Below, in pieces: positions 17,849 through 28,548 of a DNA stretch of 64,000 bases. The first letter of the stretch is position 1. Every line of letters starts with the position of its first letter. The position numbers and the translations under genes were made by a program. The notes under the pieces are model-generated. The model was given only the letters and a program-made list of their open reading frames with translations, was not told where the DNA came from and did no database searches. Origin of the DNA: an uncultured Planctomycetota bacterium (GTDB lineage Bacteria > Planctomycetota > Planctomycetia > Pirellulales > Lacipirellulaceae); NCBI GenBank assembly GCA_963719315.1, contig CAVRBU010000013.1, positions 1-64,000 on the forward strand. Direction: 5' to 3'.

Positions 17849-19529
17849 CTACTCGTCCGTGACGCAGCCTTCGGATGCGCTCTTCACGTTTTTGATGTAT
17901 TTATAGAGCGTACCGCGTGTGGCCTTGAAGGGCGGTGCGACCCACGTCTTGCGGCGGCGAGACAATTCATCGGCGGAAAGGTCGAGCATAATCAGGTTGG
18001 CCTCCGCGTCGATCGTGACGCGATCGCCGTTCTTCACGAGCGCGATTGGCCCACCGAGTTGTGCTTCGGGCGTCACGTGGCCGACGATGAACCCGGCCGA
18101 GCCGCCGGAAAAGCGGCCATCCGTAATCAATGCCACATCCTTCTCCAGACCGGCACCAACAATGGACCCCGTGGGCGACAACATTTCGGGCATTCCCGGT
18201 CCGCCCTGCGGGCCTTCATAGCGAATCACGACAACGTCACCCTTCTTGACCTTACGCTGCTGCATGGCCGCCAGCATTTCCTCCTCCGAATCAAAACAGT
18301 TGGCCGTGCCAGTGAATTTGACGCCTTCCTTGCCTGTGATCTTCGCGACCGCGCCCTCCGGGCAGAAGTTGCCGCGCATGATGCGGATGTGGCCGGTGCG
18401 CTTGATGGGATTCGACACGGATCGCACGACATCCTGGCCTTTGGACAGTCCCGGCAGGGCGGCGAGATTTTCTGCTACGGTCTTACCCGTTACCGTCAGG
18501 CAGTCGCCCGCGATCAGTTTTTCTTCCAGCAGCAACTTCATGACGGCGGGCGTCCCGCCGACGCGGTTTAGATCCTCCTGCACGTACTTGCCGCTCGGTC
18601 GCAGGTCGGCCAGGTAGGGTACGCGGTCGCTCGTGCGTTGGAAATCGTCGATCGTGAGCGGCACTTCGACCGCTCGAGCCATCGCAATCAGATGCAATAC
18701 CGCATTCGTCGAGCCACCGAGGGCTATCACCAGCGCCATCGCATTCTCGAATGCCTCGCGGGTCATTACGTCGCGCGGCTTGATGTCCTGCTCCATACAT
18801 AACCGAATCGCCGCTCCCGCCCGGCGACACTCATCGAACTTGCCCGGATCGGTTGCCGGCAGCGACGAACTATAGGGCAGCGACATACCCAGCGCCTCAA
18901 TCGCCGAAGCCATCGTATTGGCCGTGTACATGCCGCCGCACGCACCCGCGCCAGGACATGCATGGCGGACGACGCTGCGGCGCTCGGCGTCGGTCATCTT
19001 GCCCATCATCTGCGCCGTAGCAGGTAAACGCCGAGACGATATCGATCGGTTCGCCCGTTGCCGTGTGGCCCGCGCGAATCGTGCCGCCGTAGACCATGAA
19101 GCCGGGGCGATTCAGCCGGCCAAGCGCCATCAGCGCGCCCGGCATGTTCTTGTCGCAGCCCGGAATCGTGATGCACGCATCGTACCATTGAGCACACATC
19201 ACGGTCTCGATCGAGTCGGCGATGATGTCGCGCGATTGGAGCGAGTAGCTCATGCCGTCGGTGCCCATCGAGATGCCGTCGGAGACGCCGATCGTGTTGA
19301 ACCGCATCCCGACAAGCCCGGCCGCCTGCACGCCCTTGTGGACCTCGGCCGCCAAATCCAACAAATGCATGTTGCACGGGTTTCCTTCGAACCACATGCT
19401 GGCAATGCCGACCTGCGGCTTCTGCATGTCGTCTTCCGACAAACCGGTGGCATAGAGCATCGCCTGCGAGGCGCCTTGCGTTTCGGGTTGGGTGATTTGA
19501 CCGCTGTATTTGTTGAGTGGACCTGGCAC
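17849..19529 (-). CDS. ilvD: dihydroxy-acid dehydratase, frameshift near 19013
   Basis: [46 protein letters not shown] over two frames. Confidence 0.93.
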
Positions 19530-19753
19530 CGAGAGTCTCCTGAATGATTAGATGGCGCGGCCCACTTCAGCGGGCCTGGATATCCCCTTCTCCGCCGCGG
19601 GGGAGGGGCTAGTAAAGGGGCGCGACAGAGTGCCATTGTATCGCAAACCAGTTCGCGCGCCGCGTAGCTAGAGAGAAAAGCCGAGCCGCAATGCGACCCG
19701 GTTCATATAGTCGCGTCTTCCAGACGCGGTCGGGCGTCGCGCGACGGATTCGT

Positions 19754-20041
19754 CTAGCGGACCACAGCATGCAAATCCAGGCCGAGCGAGCGCACCACCT
19801 TGAGAATGGTGGCGAACTCAGGATTTCCGTCGGGAGAAAGCGCCTTATAAAGACTTTCGCGGCCAAGACCGGTTTTGGGCGCGACTTCCGTCATGCCCTT
19901 GGCCCGCGCGATGTCACCCAGTGCGGCCGTAAACAAGGCCGCGTCGCCTTCTTCGAGCGCCGCTTCGAGGTACGCGGCCATGTCCTCGTCCGACTTCAAG
20001 TAATCGGCCGCATCCCACCGTCGTGTCTTTGTCTTTGCCAT
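19754..20041 (-). CDS. addiction-module antitoxin (HI1420-like HTH)
   Basis: WDAADYL...ALGDIARAKGMTEVA...GRESLYKALS...NPEFAT. Confidence 0.9.
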   Translation of the reverse strand: MAKTKTRRWDAADYLKSDEDMAAYLEAALEEGDAALFTAALGDIARAKGMTEVAPKTGLGRESLYKALSPDGNPEFATILKVVRSLGLDLHAVVR

Positions 20042-20053
20042 GGCTCTCGCTCC

Positions 20054-20355
20054 TTACAGATTGCTGGCCAATTCCTTTGCCTTCTTGATGTCGCGCTGCT
20101 GAGATCGCTTGTCGCCACCTGCAAGCAAAACGACCAGCGCTTCGGCTTGCTGCTTAAGATAAATGCGGTATCCAGGTCCGTAATCGATTCGCATCTTGGA
20201 CACACCTTCGCCGACCGCCGCCACGCCGCCACGTCGCCCGGATACCCGAGAGACAAACGGCGTATGCGAACGAGTATGCGAGCTCGCGCTCTCCGATCCC
20301 GCAACTTTGCGAACCAGCGGGCGTACACATCCGTTTGGCGAATATCGACCACCAC
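20054..20355 (-). pseudogene. RelE/ParE-family addiction-module toxin (HI1419-like), frameshifted by an 8-bp duplication
   Basis: WFAKLRD...RIRRLSLG.PGD / VGEGVS.MRIDYGPGYRIY...LLAGGDK. Confidence 0.88.
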
Positions 20356-20414
20356 TTAAGAGCATCCTATTGGATACATTTGGTCAAGTGGCGTTAATTA
20401 GACTTCAACGGAGT

Positions 20415-23400
20415 TCAGCAGACTTGCACCCTCCAATCGCCGCCGAAATCGGTTTCCTTGGGTTCCTTCTTGTCGCCGGCCTTGCCAACGCGCGAATACT
20501 CGCCCTTGGTGCTCGTGTCGTAGCTCACATACACGCCCTTCGTTTGCTCGGCGTTGAAGTCGAGGGCGATCCAAAACTTCCGCGGCAGTTCGATCTCTTT
20601 ATCGAACATGATGCGAACCCAGTTTTCTTTGCCGCGATTGAACAGCTTGTACGGGGCCGACTCGGTTTGCAGAACTTCGTCCCGTTTGTCGCTGAGGAAC
20701 GTGATTTCAAAGTCCTCATTGGGCGCCTGCGGTAGCCCGTAGCGCGAGCCGTGAATGCGGATGCCTTTCACCTTGGTTACGCCCTCCGGTAACTCGAAAC
20801 GAATCATCTGGCCGCTGCCGCCGTAGCTTTTTTTGCCGTCGGGTTTGCCGTTGCCGTAAGAGAGGATCGTCGGAATGCGGCTCTTGCCGGCCTTTTCGTC
20901 CTTCACCGGAGCCGTGTTTTTTTACACGATGTGAGCCTTAACGCGCTGATCGCTGGAAGCGCCCTCATTGTTCGAAGGCTGCTCAGCCGCAGAATGAATT
21001 TCGCGCCGCGGCTGACGGCCCTCATAGAGCTTCAACGGTTCGCGAAATATTTCGCGGCGTCCGTCCGTTGCGAGGTCTATGGCCTGTTTCTGCGTTTCGA
21101 TGGCCTGGTCGAAATCGCCGGCTTCGGCGAAGGCGGCGGCAAGCGTGTCGAGCAGGTCGGGCGTCGGCGTTGGTTCGAGCTGCTTCGCCTTCTCGGCCAA
21201 TTCGACAGCCCGTTTGCCGTCGCGAAGTTTATCATCTGCCGACGTGGCCAAAAGATATGCCAGGTTGTTGAAGACAATGATGTTTTTGGGATAGGGCGGA
21301 TCGAGTTTAATAATCCGTTCGTAATCCGCGATCGCTTTGTGCTCGTCATGAAGTAGCCCCCAAGCATCGGTGCGCATGATGAGAGCGTCGATGTTTTTGG
21401 GGTCCTTGTCTAGCACGGCGGTTTGTTGCTCAATGACCTGCCGCGGCGTCGGCGCGATCTGCAACGAGAGGGTGATGGCTTCCTTCTGTAGTTCTTTTAC
21501 GTCGACGACGGGCACGTCCACTTGAACGGTCTCGCCCTCTTTGACGTTGACGACCGCGGGAGGTTTTGCTTCGCCGACCGGACCAGGTTTAGCCAACCAT
21601 TTCGGTTCGTCTCCGAGAGACACGCGGAGCACAAAGACGCCGCGCTTGCCGGGAGCCGTGCGCAACTCGAATCGACCTTCGGAATCTGCGGTCGCAATGG
21701 GATTCCACGCCGACCGGCTGCCACTGCGAAACGGGATTTCCTGGGAGTTGATGTCGGCTCGCATATTGGGCTGCAATTCAATCGTCTTGCCTGTTTTGGC
21801 GTCGACTACGCGAATGCTGATGACGCCGCCTTTCGTGAGAACGAGATCCGGAGCGGTTTGCGTTTTTCCGCCGGCGGCAGCGAACCCCTCGATGCCGATA
21901 TTGACCCAATCCGGCATTTCGACCGACAGGTCGTAGCTGCCGGCCGGGAGGGTCGTAAGGCGGTATTTGCCGTTCGCATCGGTGCGGGCTTCGCCATAGT
22001 GCAGCGAATACAATTGGTCGGTGGTCGGCAAAGTATTACGAGGCCTCGACGTTGAGGCACGTACCAGTGCGCCCGACGGCGGGTTTGGTCGAATCGCTGT
22101 GAATCACCCGACCCTCGACGATCGCGGCAGGTTCGAGCGTCACATCTTGCGTGCCGGGAATGCTCTCATATCCCATGTGCTTTACGGCGAAATCAGGGTG
22201 TTCGACTGCGAGGACCGGCGCCGCGAGGAAGAGTGAAGACGACCCGCTCTTATTGCTGCGAAAAGTTTCCAATTGGCGACGCTGATCCGCTTGCTGTTCT
22301 CGAAATCTCTGCATGTCAAACGAGGCTGCGTCCTTGATTTCATATTTTCCATCGGCGTCTGTCCGGACCGATCTTGCGCCTTCCCACAGATAGTAGCCCA
22401 AACCTCCGACGGAAACGAGCGCGCCGGCAACCGGCTTGCCATCGGGGCCCGTTACGCGGCCGGTGAGCGTGGCGGCCGGCGACAGCTTTATCTCCGCAAA
22501 TTCGCCTGCTCGTGCAACCTGTTGACGCATCTGCATCTGTGATTCGGTTGCGCGACCCGGCGCGCACATAAATCTGCACAAATTCCTCATCGAGAGGACT
22601 CAAAGGCGATAGCTTGCCGTCGGGAAACTCTTTGGCAATATCGATCACGTCTTTGAACTCAAATTCGCCTTTAGCACCCGTCACCTTCCGTTCCACCAGC
22701 TTGTGCGCCGACGTGCTGTGATTGATGCGGAATAGAAATACTTCCGCGCCGGAAAACGGCTCGCCCTTCTCATTGATGGCACGGCCAGCGACGGTATTGG
22801 CGACCGGTCGCGGGATTGCGGGCACTTTCTTGTTATTCGCGGCATTGCTCGACGGCGCCGCGGGCCTTTTCCGTGGCCGGGGCCGGCTCTGTGCGTCGGC
22901 GCGATTTGCGGGTTGGATGGTCACTGCTGGCAATGCCAACGCGGCGACAATTGCCAGAGTGATTGCAGCGATTCGCCAGCGGCGTGGGCAAGTTCCCAAC
23001 ACGGTGAAGTTTACATTGACCAACAGCGCGATCCGTTGACGAAGCTGTGACGGGCCTTCCCACAATCCGACCGCCGACGACAACCGCATCGCTGGCCTGC
23101 CGGAGATGTTGCGAGCCCACGTGACGAGTTGTTCGGCATAATGCTGGCGGCTGGTGAGTTCGGCGGCGGCGGCATCGGCGAGGGCTTCCTGGTCGAGGCG
23201 CATGCGGCGGCGGAGGAGCCAGTAGAGTGGTTGGGCCCAGAGGAGGATCAAGAGCGCGCGGCTTGCCGCTAGCCAGGGGAGGTCGTGGTTGCGGATGTGG
23301 GCTAGTTCGTGGGCGAGGATGGGGGCGAGTGCCGAGTGAGAAGTGGGGAGTTGGGAGTGGGGATCAACGAACGTGTGAGGGACAAGGATGGCGGGACGGC

Positions 23401-24041
23401 GGATGCCTAGGGCTACGGGGACGTTGATGCGATTGGAGACGAGTAGCTCGATGCGTCGTAGGGCAGTGTCTCCGAAACTGCCGATTTCGAGTCCGCTGCG
23501 GCGGACTCGATTACGGGGGGCGGCGATCTCTTCTAGCAGGTTTCTGATTTCTGGTGGGGCGGTTTGTGCGCTAAGCCGCAAGCGGCGTGCGGCGAGTAAG
23601 CCGAGGGTTAACCATGTTGCGGCTGTGCCAGCGCCGACCAGGGCGATGGTTGTGAGCGTGATCTGCCAGGTGATTTTTGGCCAATTGTGCGTTGGTGGTG
23701 CGACGTTTGCAGGTAGTGTGGAAGTGATCTCGATATCGGTGGCGCGTGCGGGTGGTGCGATCGTCGCGATGTGCGGGGTGGTTGATTATCGGCGAGAGCG
23801 GTTGCGGTTCAATCGCCTGCGGCTGAGGTGTAGCCGTTAATAAATGGATAAGCGACCAGCGGGGCAGGGCGCAGAGCACGGCCAGCAAGGCCAACGCCAC
23901 GAGCGTGGACTTCGTGATTGCCATTCGCTGCGCCGGCTGCCTCAGCGCCGTGATGCCGAGGAGGGCGAGCGCCAACAGTACGGCGGACAGCAAGTAAAAA
24001 TCGCCCAACCAGAGCGCAAATGAATCGGCAAAATGCGTCAT
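20415..24041 (-). pseudogene. BlaR1/M56 peptidase with carboxypeptidase-regulatory-like beta domains and TPR, split by several frameshifts
   Basis: ILAHELAH, QEALAD, LRQRI; LTGRVTGPDGKPVAGA; NNLAYLLAT...DTLAAAFAE; five overlapping ORFs. Confidence 0.8.
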
Positions 24042-24463
24042 TTTCGGCCTCCTTTGCGGCCACGTTTGGTGGAGCGTTCGCGGGCGGCGGCGAGCATCGC
24101 TTCGAGTTGATCGAGCTCGGCCGACGAGAGACGTTTCGAATCCAGCGCGTGGACGAGGTACTCGTCGACCGCGCCGTCGAAGACCTTCTCCAGAAAGCTG
24201 CCGGCCAGCCGGCGAATCGTGGTTTGCCGCTGGATGCGCGGCACGTAGACATACGCCTTGCCTACGCGCCGATGGCCGACGAAGCCTTTTTGCTCCATCA
24301 CCTGCAGCAGGCTGAGGACCGTGGTGTATGCCAGGTCGTCATCGCCGCGCTGGCCGGCGCCGGCGTTCATGGCGTCGGCGAGGTCGCGGACCGTGATCTC
24401 GCCGCGATCCCAGAGAACCTTGAGCGCTTCCAGTTCGCGATCGGTCGGTGATTCGCCCGGCAT
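24038..24463 (-). CDS. blaI: BlaI/MecI/CopY-family repressor
   Basis: ELEALKVLW...LAYTTVLSLLQVMEQKG; overlaps the M56 gene start. Confidence 0.92.
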   Translation of the reverse strand: MPGESPTDRELEALKVLWDRGEITVRDLADAMNAGAGQRGDDDLAYTTVLSLLQVMEQKGFVGHRRVGKAYVYVPRIQRQTTIRRLAGSFLEKVFDGAVDEYLVHALDSKRLSSAELDQLEAMLAAARERSTKRGRKGGRK

Positions 24464-24472
24464 GACGGCCTC

Positions 24473-24529
24473 CTACGGGTTAACCAGTAGCAACGACCGT
24501 GATTCTACTGGTCAGCCAGTAGTTGTCAA
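24473..24529 (-). promoter_or_regulatory. blaI promoter with two 18-bp operator dyads
   Basis: TTGACA-N16-TAGAAT; CTACTGG-N4-CCAGTAG (24505-24522) and CTACTGG-N4-CCCGTAG (24473-24490). Confidence 0.8.
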
Positions 24530-24561
24530 GCGGGGCTGGCGAAATTTTCGCCGGGCCGCCG

Positions 24562-24825
24562 TCAAAGCGGTCTTTTGGCCATGCGCCCGTAGAGGAACAG
24601 GAGGAGCACCGAGCCGACAATCGCGGCAATCCAATTGTAAGGATCGCCGGCGTCAAAACTGACGCCGCGCCCCTTGATCAAATTTGCCAACAGGGCCCCG
24701 ACGAACGATCCGGCAATGCCCAATAGGGCGGTCATGATCATTCCCATCGGTTGCGGTCCGGGCATCAGAAACCGCGCAATGATTCCGATGATGAGTCCGA
24801 ACAGGATAAACCAAATGACGTGCAT
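24562..24825 (-). CDS. GlsB/YeaQ/YmgE stress-response membrane protein
   Basis: GLIIGIIARFLMPG...LGIAGSFVG. Confidence 0.9.
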   Translation of the reverse strand: MHVIWFILFGLIIGIIARFLMPGPQPMGMIMTALLGIAGSFVGALLANLIKGRGVSFDAGDPYNWIAAIVGSVLLLFLYGRMAKRPL

Positions 24826-24957
24826 CGCTTCCCACCCCTAACTACGAGTAATATGGATACGGGCCAAGCGGCCCAAGCGATATCCTAACAAAAACGCCGC
24901 CGAAGGAAACCGGGCCGCCGCGTTGGTGGAGTCCGAATTTGGCACCGTTTGGACCGG

Positions 24958-25020
24958 AACCTTGTAGCACGGACTTTAGTCCGTACGAGAATCACGGACT
25001 GAAGTCCGTGCTACAAGGTT
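24958..25020. repeat. GTAG-type REP doublet
   Basis: GTAGCACGGACTTTAGTCCGT-N9-ACGGACTGAAGTCCGTGCTAC. Confidence 0.9.
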
Positions 25021-25216
25021 GTTGTGGCGCAAATTAGGACACTACCCCCGCTTTACGAGAGCAGTGGCGATTGGAGACGGCAATTCGTATTATGGATGCT
25101 CGCTCGCACGAGGGCGTGGCGGGCCAGGTTGTGCCCGGCCTGCCCGGTATCTGTGCGGCAATTCGGACTCCTTCCAAGCCCCGCCTTCCCATTCAACCCC
25201 CCGGGATTCTGCGACC

Positions 25217-25915
25217 ATGCACACACTCACCTGGCGAATTGCTCTGATACTGACCTGCTTCATCAGCGGCCCGTTCGCGGCTCGTGCCGAAGAAAAATGG
25301 CCACTCCTCTTGAAGGAAGACTTCGAAAACGGAATATCCCGCTGGCAAACGAGCGACCCGAAGGGCGCTGCCTCGGTGTGGAAGATCATCGAAATGGGTT
25401 TGCCGGGCAACCACGCCCTGCGTTGCATGGGCGTCAGCAAGTACAAGCCCAAGTACCGCAGCCCATTCTGCATCGCGTTGTTGAAGGACGTCGAGGTCAC
25501 CGACTTCGAACTCACGGCCCACGTACAGGAAACGCACTTCGACGCCGGGCCGCATCGCGACTTGTGCATCTTCTGGGGCTACCAGGACCCCAATCATTAT
25601 TACTACGTACACATGGGCTCGAAGCCGGACGAACATGCCTGCCAGATTTTTATCGTGAATGACGCGGACCGCAAAATGATCACGGTCGACCAGGCGAAGG
25701 GCACGCCGTGGACGAAGCATTGGCACGACGTGAAGGTCATCCGCCGCGTGGACGATGGCACGATGGAAGTCTATTTCGACGACATGGAAAAACCGTACAT
25801 GACGGCCAAGGACAAGACCTTCACTTGGGGCCAAGTCGGTTTAGGCACGTTCGACGACAACGGGAATTTCGATGACGTGGTGCTGCGGGGGAATCTCAAG
25901 AAAGACAGCAAATGA
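25217..25915 (+). CDS. exported ConA-like/DUF1080-like beta-sandwich protein
   Basis: Signal peptide; EDFE...WHDVKV...WGQVGLGTFDD. Confidence 0.75.
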   Translation: MHTLTWRIALILTCFISGPFAARAEEKWPLLLKEDFENGISRWQTSDPKGAASVWKIIEMGLPGNHALRCMGVSKYKPKYRSPFCIALLKDVEVTDFELTAHVQETHFDAGPHRDLCIFWGYQDPNHYYYVHMGSKPDEHACQIFIVNDADRKMITVDQAKGTPWTKHWHDVKVIRRVDDGTMEVYFDDMEKPYMTAKDKTFTWGQVGLGTFDDNGNFDDVVLRGNLKKDSK

Positions 25916-25959
25916 AAAGTTCCGACAAAAAGCCAACCAATCGCAGTGGAAGATAACGC

Positions 25960-26463
25960 GTGCCGAGAACTCCAAAACCAGTAGGCCCTCCAGGTACCGT
26001 ATGGTTCGGCGGCGAGGTTGAGCGCGCCACTCTGACCTTCAGAGTGTTTGAAGAAAAACTGGATCCAGACGAAATCACTGGCCTTATCGGGCGAAGCCCA
26101 ACCCATTGCACACGTAAAGGCCAGCCGGTCCTTCGGTCCAACGGTGAGGTGAGGACAATCGCTCGCAATGGATCGTGGATGATTGAATGCGAAATGGGCC
26201 CAGAGGAATCGCTCGACGAGGCCATCGCGCGCCTACTAGAAGTTTTGCCCGAGGAAGAGTCGATTTGGAACTCGCTAAACAGGCGCTTCAAGCTGGATCT
26301 AATTTGTGACGTTACCGTACGTGGCGCCAATCAAGGATTTGAAATTCCACCCGCGGTGCTTCAGATGATCAGCCAGCGCCAAATCACACTGGGGGTTGAT
26401 ATCTTCCCCAAAGAGGATCCAGAGCAAGCTAAGGGACTTAGTAAGGTAATCGGAGATTCCTAA
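25960..26463 (+). CDS. DUF4279-family protein
   Basis: LDPDEITGLIGRSPT...KG...GSW; lower GC. Confidence 0.7.
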   Translation: MPRTPKPVGPPGTVWFGGEVERATLTFRVFEEKLDPDEITGLIGRSPTHCTRKGQPVLRSNGEVRTIARNGSWMIECEMGPEESLDEAIARLLEVLPEEESIWNSLNRRFKLDLICDVTVRGANQGFEIPPAVLQMISQRQITLGVDIFPKEDPEQAKGLSKVIGDS

Positions 26464-26489
26464 TCGCGACGGCATGCAGAGCATGCCTG

Positions 26490-27278
26490 CTACTTCGGCT
26501 TTGGCAGGGCGCGAACTGCGCCGACTGTGACGCCGCCGTCGACTAGTAGCGTTTGGCCGGTGATGTAACGGCTGGCGTCGGAGGCGAGGAGTAAGAGCGC
26601 ACCGTCAAGGTCGCCTGGGGCGCCGGGGCGGCCGAGAGGGATTCGCTCGCAAAGGTATTCCACCCAGCCTTCATCCTCGTACATCGCGCGGGTCTGATAG
26701 GTCTTGAACCAACCCGGGGCCAGGCAGTTGACGGTGATTCCGAATTCGCCCCAATCGTGGGCGAGGCTCATCGTCAGTTGCTTCACGCCGCCGCGGCTTG
26801 CGCCGTACGGGCCGAGGCCGGCGTAACCGGCGACGCACGTGACCGAACCGATGTTGATGATCCGGCCGGCGCGGCGCTCGATCATGTGCCGGGCGACTGC
26901 CTGGGCGACGAAGAACGTGCCGCGAAGGTTCGTGTCGAGGATCGTGTTCCAGTCTCCCCAGGTGACGTCGACCGCCCGCTTGCGAATGTTACAGCCGGCA
27001 TTATTGACGAGGATATCGATCTGCCCGAGCCCGCTGAGGGCCGCGGCGACGCCGTTTTCAATACTCGCTTGATCGCGAAGATCGAGCTCGACGCACGTCA
27101 CGCGGCGACCGAGGCCGCGGATTTCGTCGGCGAACGGTTCGAGCGATGCGCGGGTGCGGCTGGTAATGGCCAGGTCCGCGCCTGCGCCAGCGAGCGCGCG
27201 GGCAAAGTGTTGACCGAGCCCGCGGCTGGCGCCGGTGACGAGTGCTGTTTTACCGGTGAGATCGAATAGGTTCGACAT
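26490..27278 (-). CDS. SDR oxidoreductase (gluconate 5-dehydrogenase/KduD-like)
   Basis: TGASRGLG, NNAG, YGASRGG. Confidence 0.92.
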   Translation of the reverse strand: MSNLFDLTGKTALVTGASRGLGQHFARALAGAGADLAITSRTRASLEPFADEIRGLGRRVTCVELDLRDQASIENGVAAALSGLGQIDILVNNAGCNIRKRAVDVTWGDWNTILDTNLRGTFFVAQAVARHMIERRAGRIINIGSVTCVAGYAGLGPYGASRGGVKQLTMSLAHDWGEFGITVNCLAPGWFKTYQTRAMYEDEGWVEYLCERIPLGRPGAPGDLDGALLLLASDASRYITGQTLLVDGGVTVGAVRALPKPK

Positions 27279-27327
27279 GCTTGATTTGGAACCGTAGAAA
27301 TTTTGGAATTCCTTTTTAAGCAGGAAA

Positions 27328-27373
27328 ACTAATCTACACTAATCGGCATTAGCGAAGATTAGTGTAGATTAGT
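27328..27373. repeat. 17-bp inverted repeat
   Basis: ACTAATCTACACTAATC / GATTAGTGTAGATTAGT. Confidence 0.85.
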
Positions 27374-27378
27374 GTTCC

Positions 27379-28452
27379 TTATGGTTGCAAAATGACTTTC
27401 ATCAAACCGGGTTCGCGAGCGTACAGTCGTTCGAACCATTGCGGACCGTCGGCCAGCGGCGCGGTCGCACTGATCAAAGGAGAAACTCGAATGCCACCGT
27501 TGGCTACTAATTCGATTGCCCGCTGATACTCGCCGGCCGAGGAGCAGCTTCCATACAGCGTCAGCTCGCGCGTAACGACGGCCTGCAAGGGAAACGGCAC
27601 TTCGGCGGCCAGGTTACCGACCAACCCAATGCGTCCCCCGCGGCGAACGCAGCCGATCGCCGTGGCCAGGGCCGCGGCGTTGCCGACTACTTCCACACTG
27701 ACATCAGCGCCTTCGCCATGGGTTCGATTCAAAACCGCATTGACGGCAAGTTGATCGTCTGGGGGCTCGCCAGCGGCACGACCACAGCCACCCTGCGGCT
27801 GAGAATTAATAACCGCGGTCGCCCCGACTTCTTTCGCCAATTCGAGTCGCGAGTTGTCGATATCGATGGCAATGACCTCGCCGCAACCGGCCACGCGCAG
27901 GGCTTGAATCACCAATAGCCCGATCATGCCGCTGCCGACGACGACGGCCCGCTCGCCCGGCCGAATTGCCAGCCGTTCGACGGCGTGGACGGCCACCGAC
28001 ACCGGCTCGATCATAGCCGCGTGTTCGAACGGCAACTCCGGCGGCAGCGGGTAGAGGATGTGCTGCGGCACGGCGACGAGCTCGGCGAACGCGCCGTGCT
28101 GGCGATAGTCGGCACAGGATACGCCCATCACGCGGCGATCTTCGCAAAGATTCACCGCCCCCCGTCGGCACGAATCGCACCGGCCGCAGGAGATCGTGGA
28201 ATCGAACGAAACGCGGTCGCCGACGCGCGCGCGATCGACGCCCGCGCCAACCTCGGCCACAACGCCAGCCGCTTCGTGCCCCATAATCAGCGGCGGCACC
28301 CGCCGACCGCTCGAGCCGTCGTAACCGTGGATGTCGCTGCCACAAATGCCGCAGGCAGCCACCCGGATCAACACATCCGTCGGGCCAATCTCGGGCCGAT
28401 CGGCGTCCGTCAGTTCAAGCTTGCGGTAGTCGGTGAGCACGAGAGCTTGCAT
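27379..28452 (-). CDS. Zn-dependent polyol dehydrogenase (galactitol-1-P / L-iditol DH-like)
   Basis: GICGSD, GHE, CGRCDSC...C, GSGMIG. Confidence 0.92.
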   Translation of the reverse strand: MQALVLTDYRKLELTDADRPEIGPTDVLIRVAACGICGSDIHGYDGSSGRRVPPLIMGHEAAGVVAEVGAGVDRARVGDRVSFDSTISCGRCDSCRRGAVNLCEDRRVMGVSCADYRQHGAFAELVAVPQHILYPLPPELPFEHAAMIEPVSVAVHAVERLAIRPGERAVVVGSGMIGLLVIQALRVAGCGEVIAIDIDNSRLELAKEVGATAVINSQPQGGCGRAAGEPPDDQLAVNAVLNRTHGEGADVSVEVVGNAAALATAIGCVRRGGRIGLVGNLAAEVPFPLQAVVTRELTLYGSCSSAGEYQRAIELVANGGIRVSPLISATAPLADGPQWFERLYAREPGLMKVILQP

Positions 28453-28463
28453 GTTGATAAATG

Positions 28464-28538
28464 ACAAGGAGACAAGCAGAATTACTCGTCAAGTGTTGCC
28501 CCAAGAAACTCCTTGTCTGCAAGTCTCCTTGTCTCCCC
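28464..28538. repeat. GACAAGGA-type short-unit inverted repeat
   Basis: GACAAGGAGACAAGCAGA ... TCCTTGTCTGCAAGTCTCCTTGTCTCC. Confidence 0.7.
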
Positions 28539-28548
28539 CTCTAGTTTC

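Noticed and set aside
18897..19020. Programmed frameshift in ilvD
   Set aside because: No slippery run at the junction; a single extra base explains it.
19530..19700. Attenuator upstream of ilvD
   Set aside because: A GC-rich hairpin is present, but there is no Ile/Val/Leu-rich leader and no U-tract.
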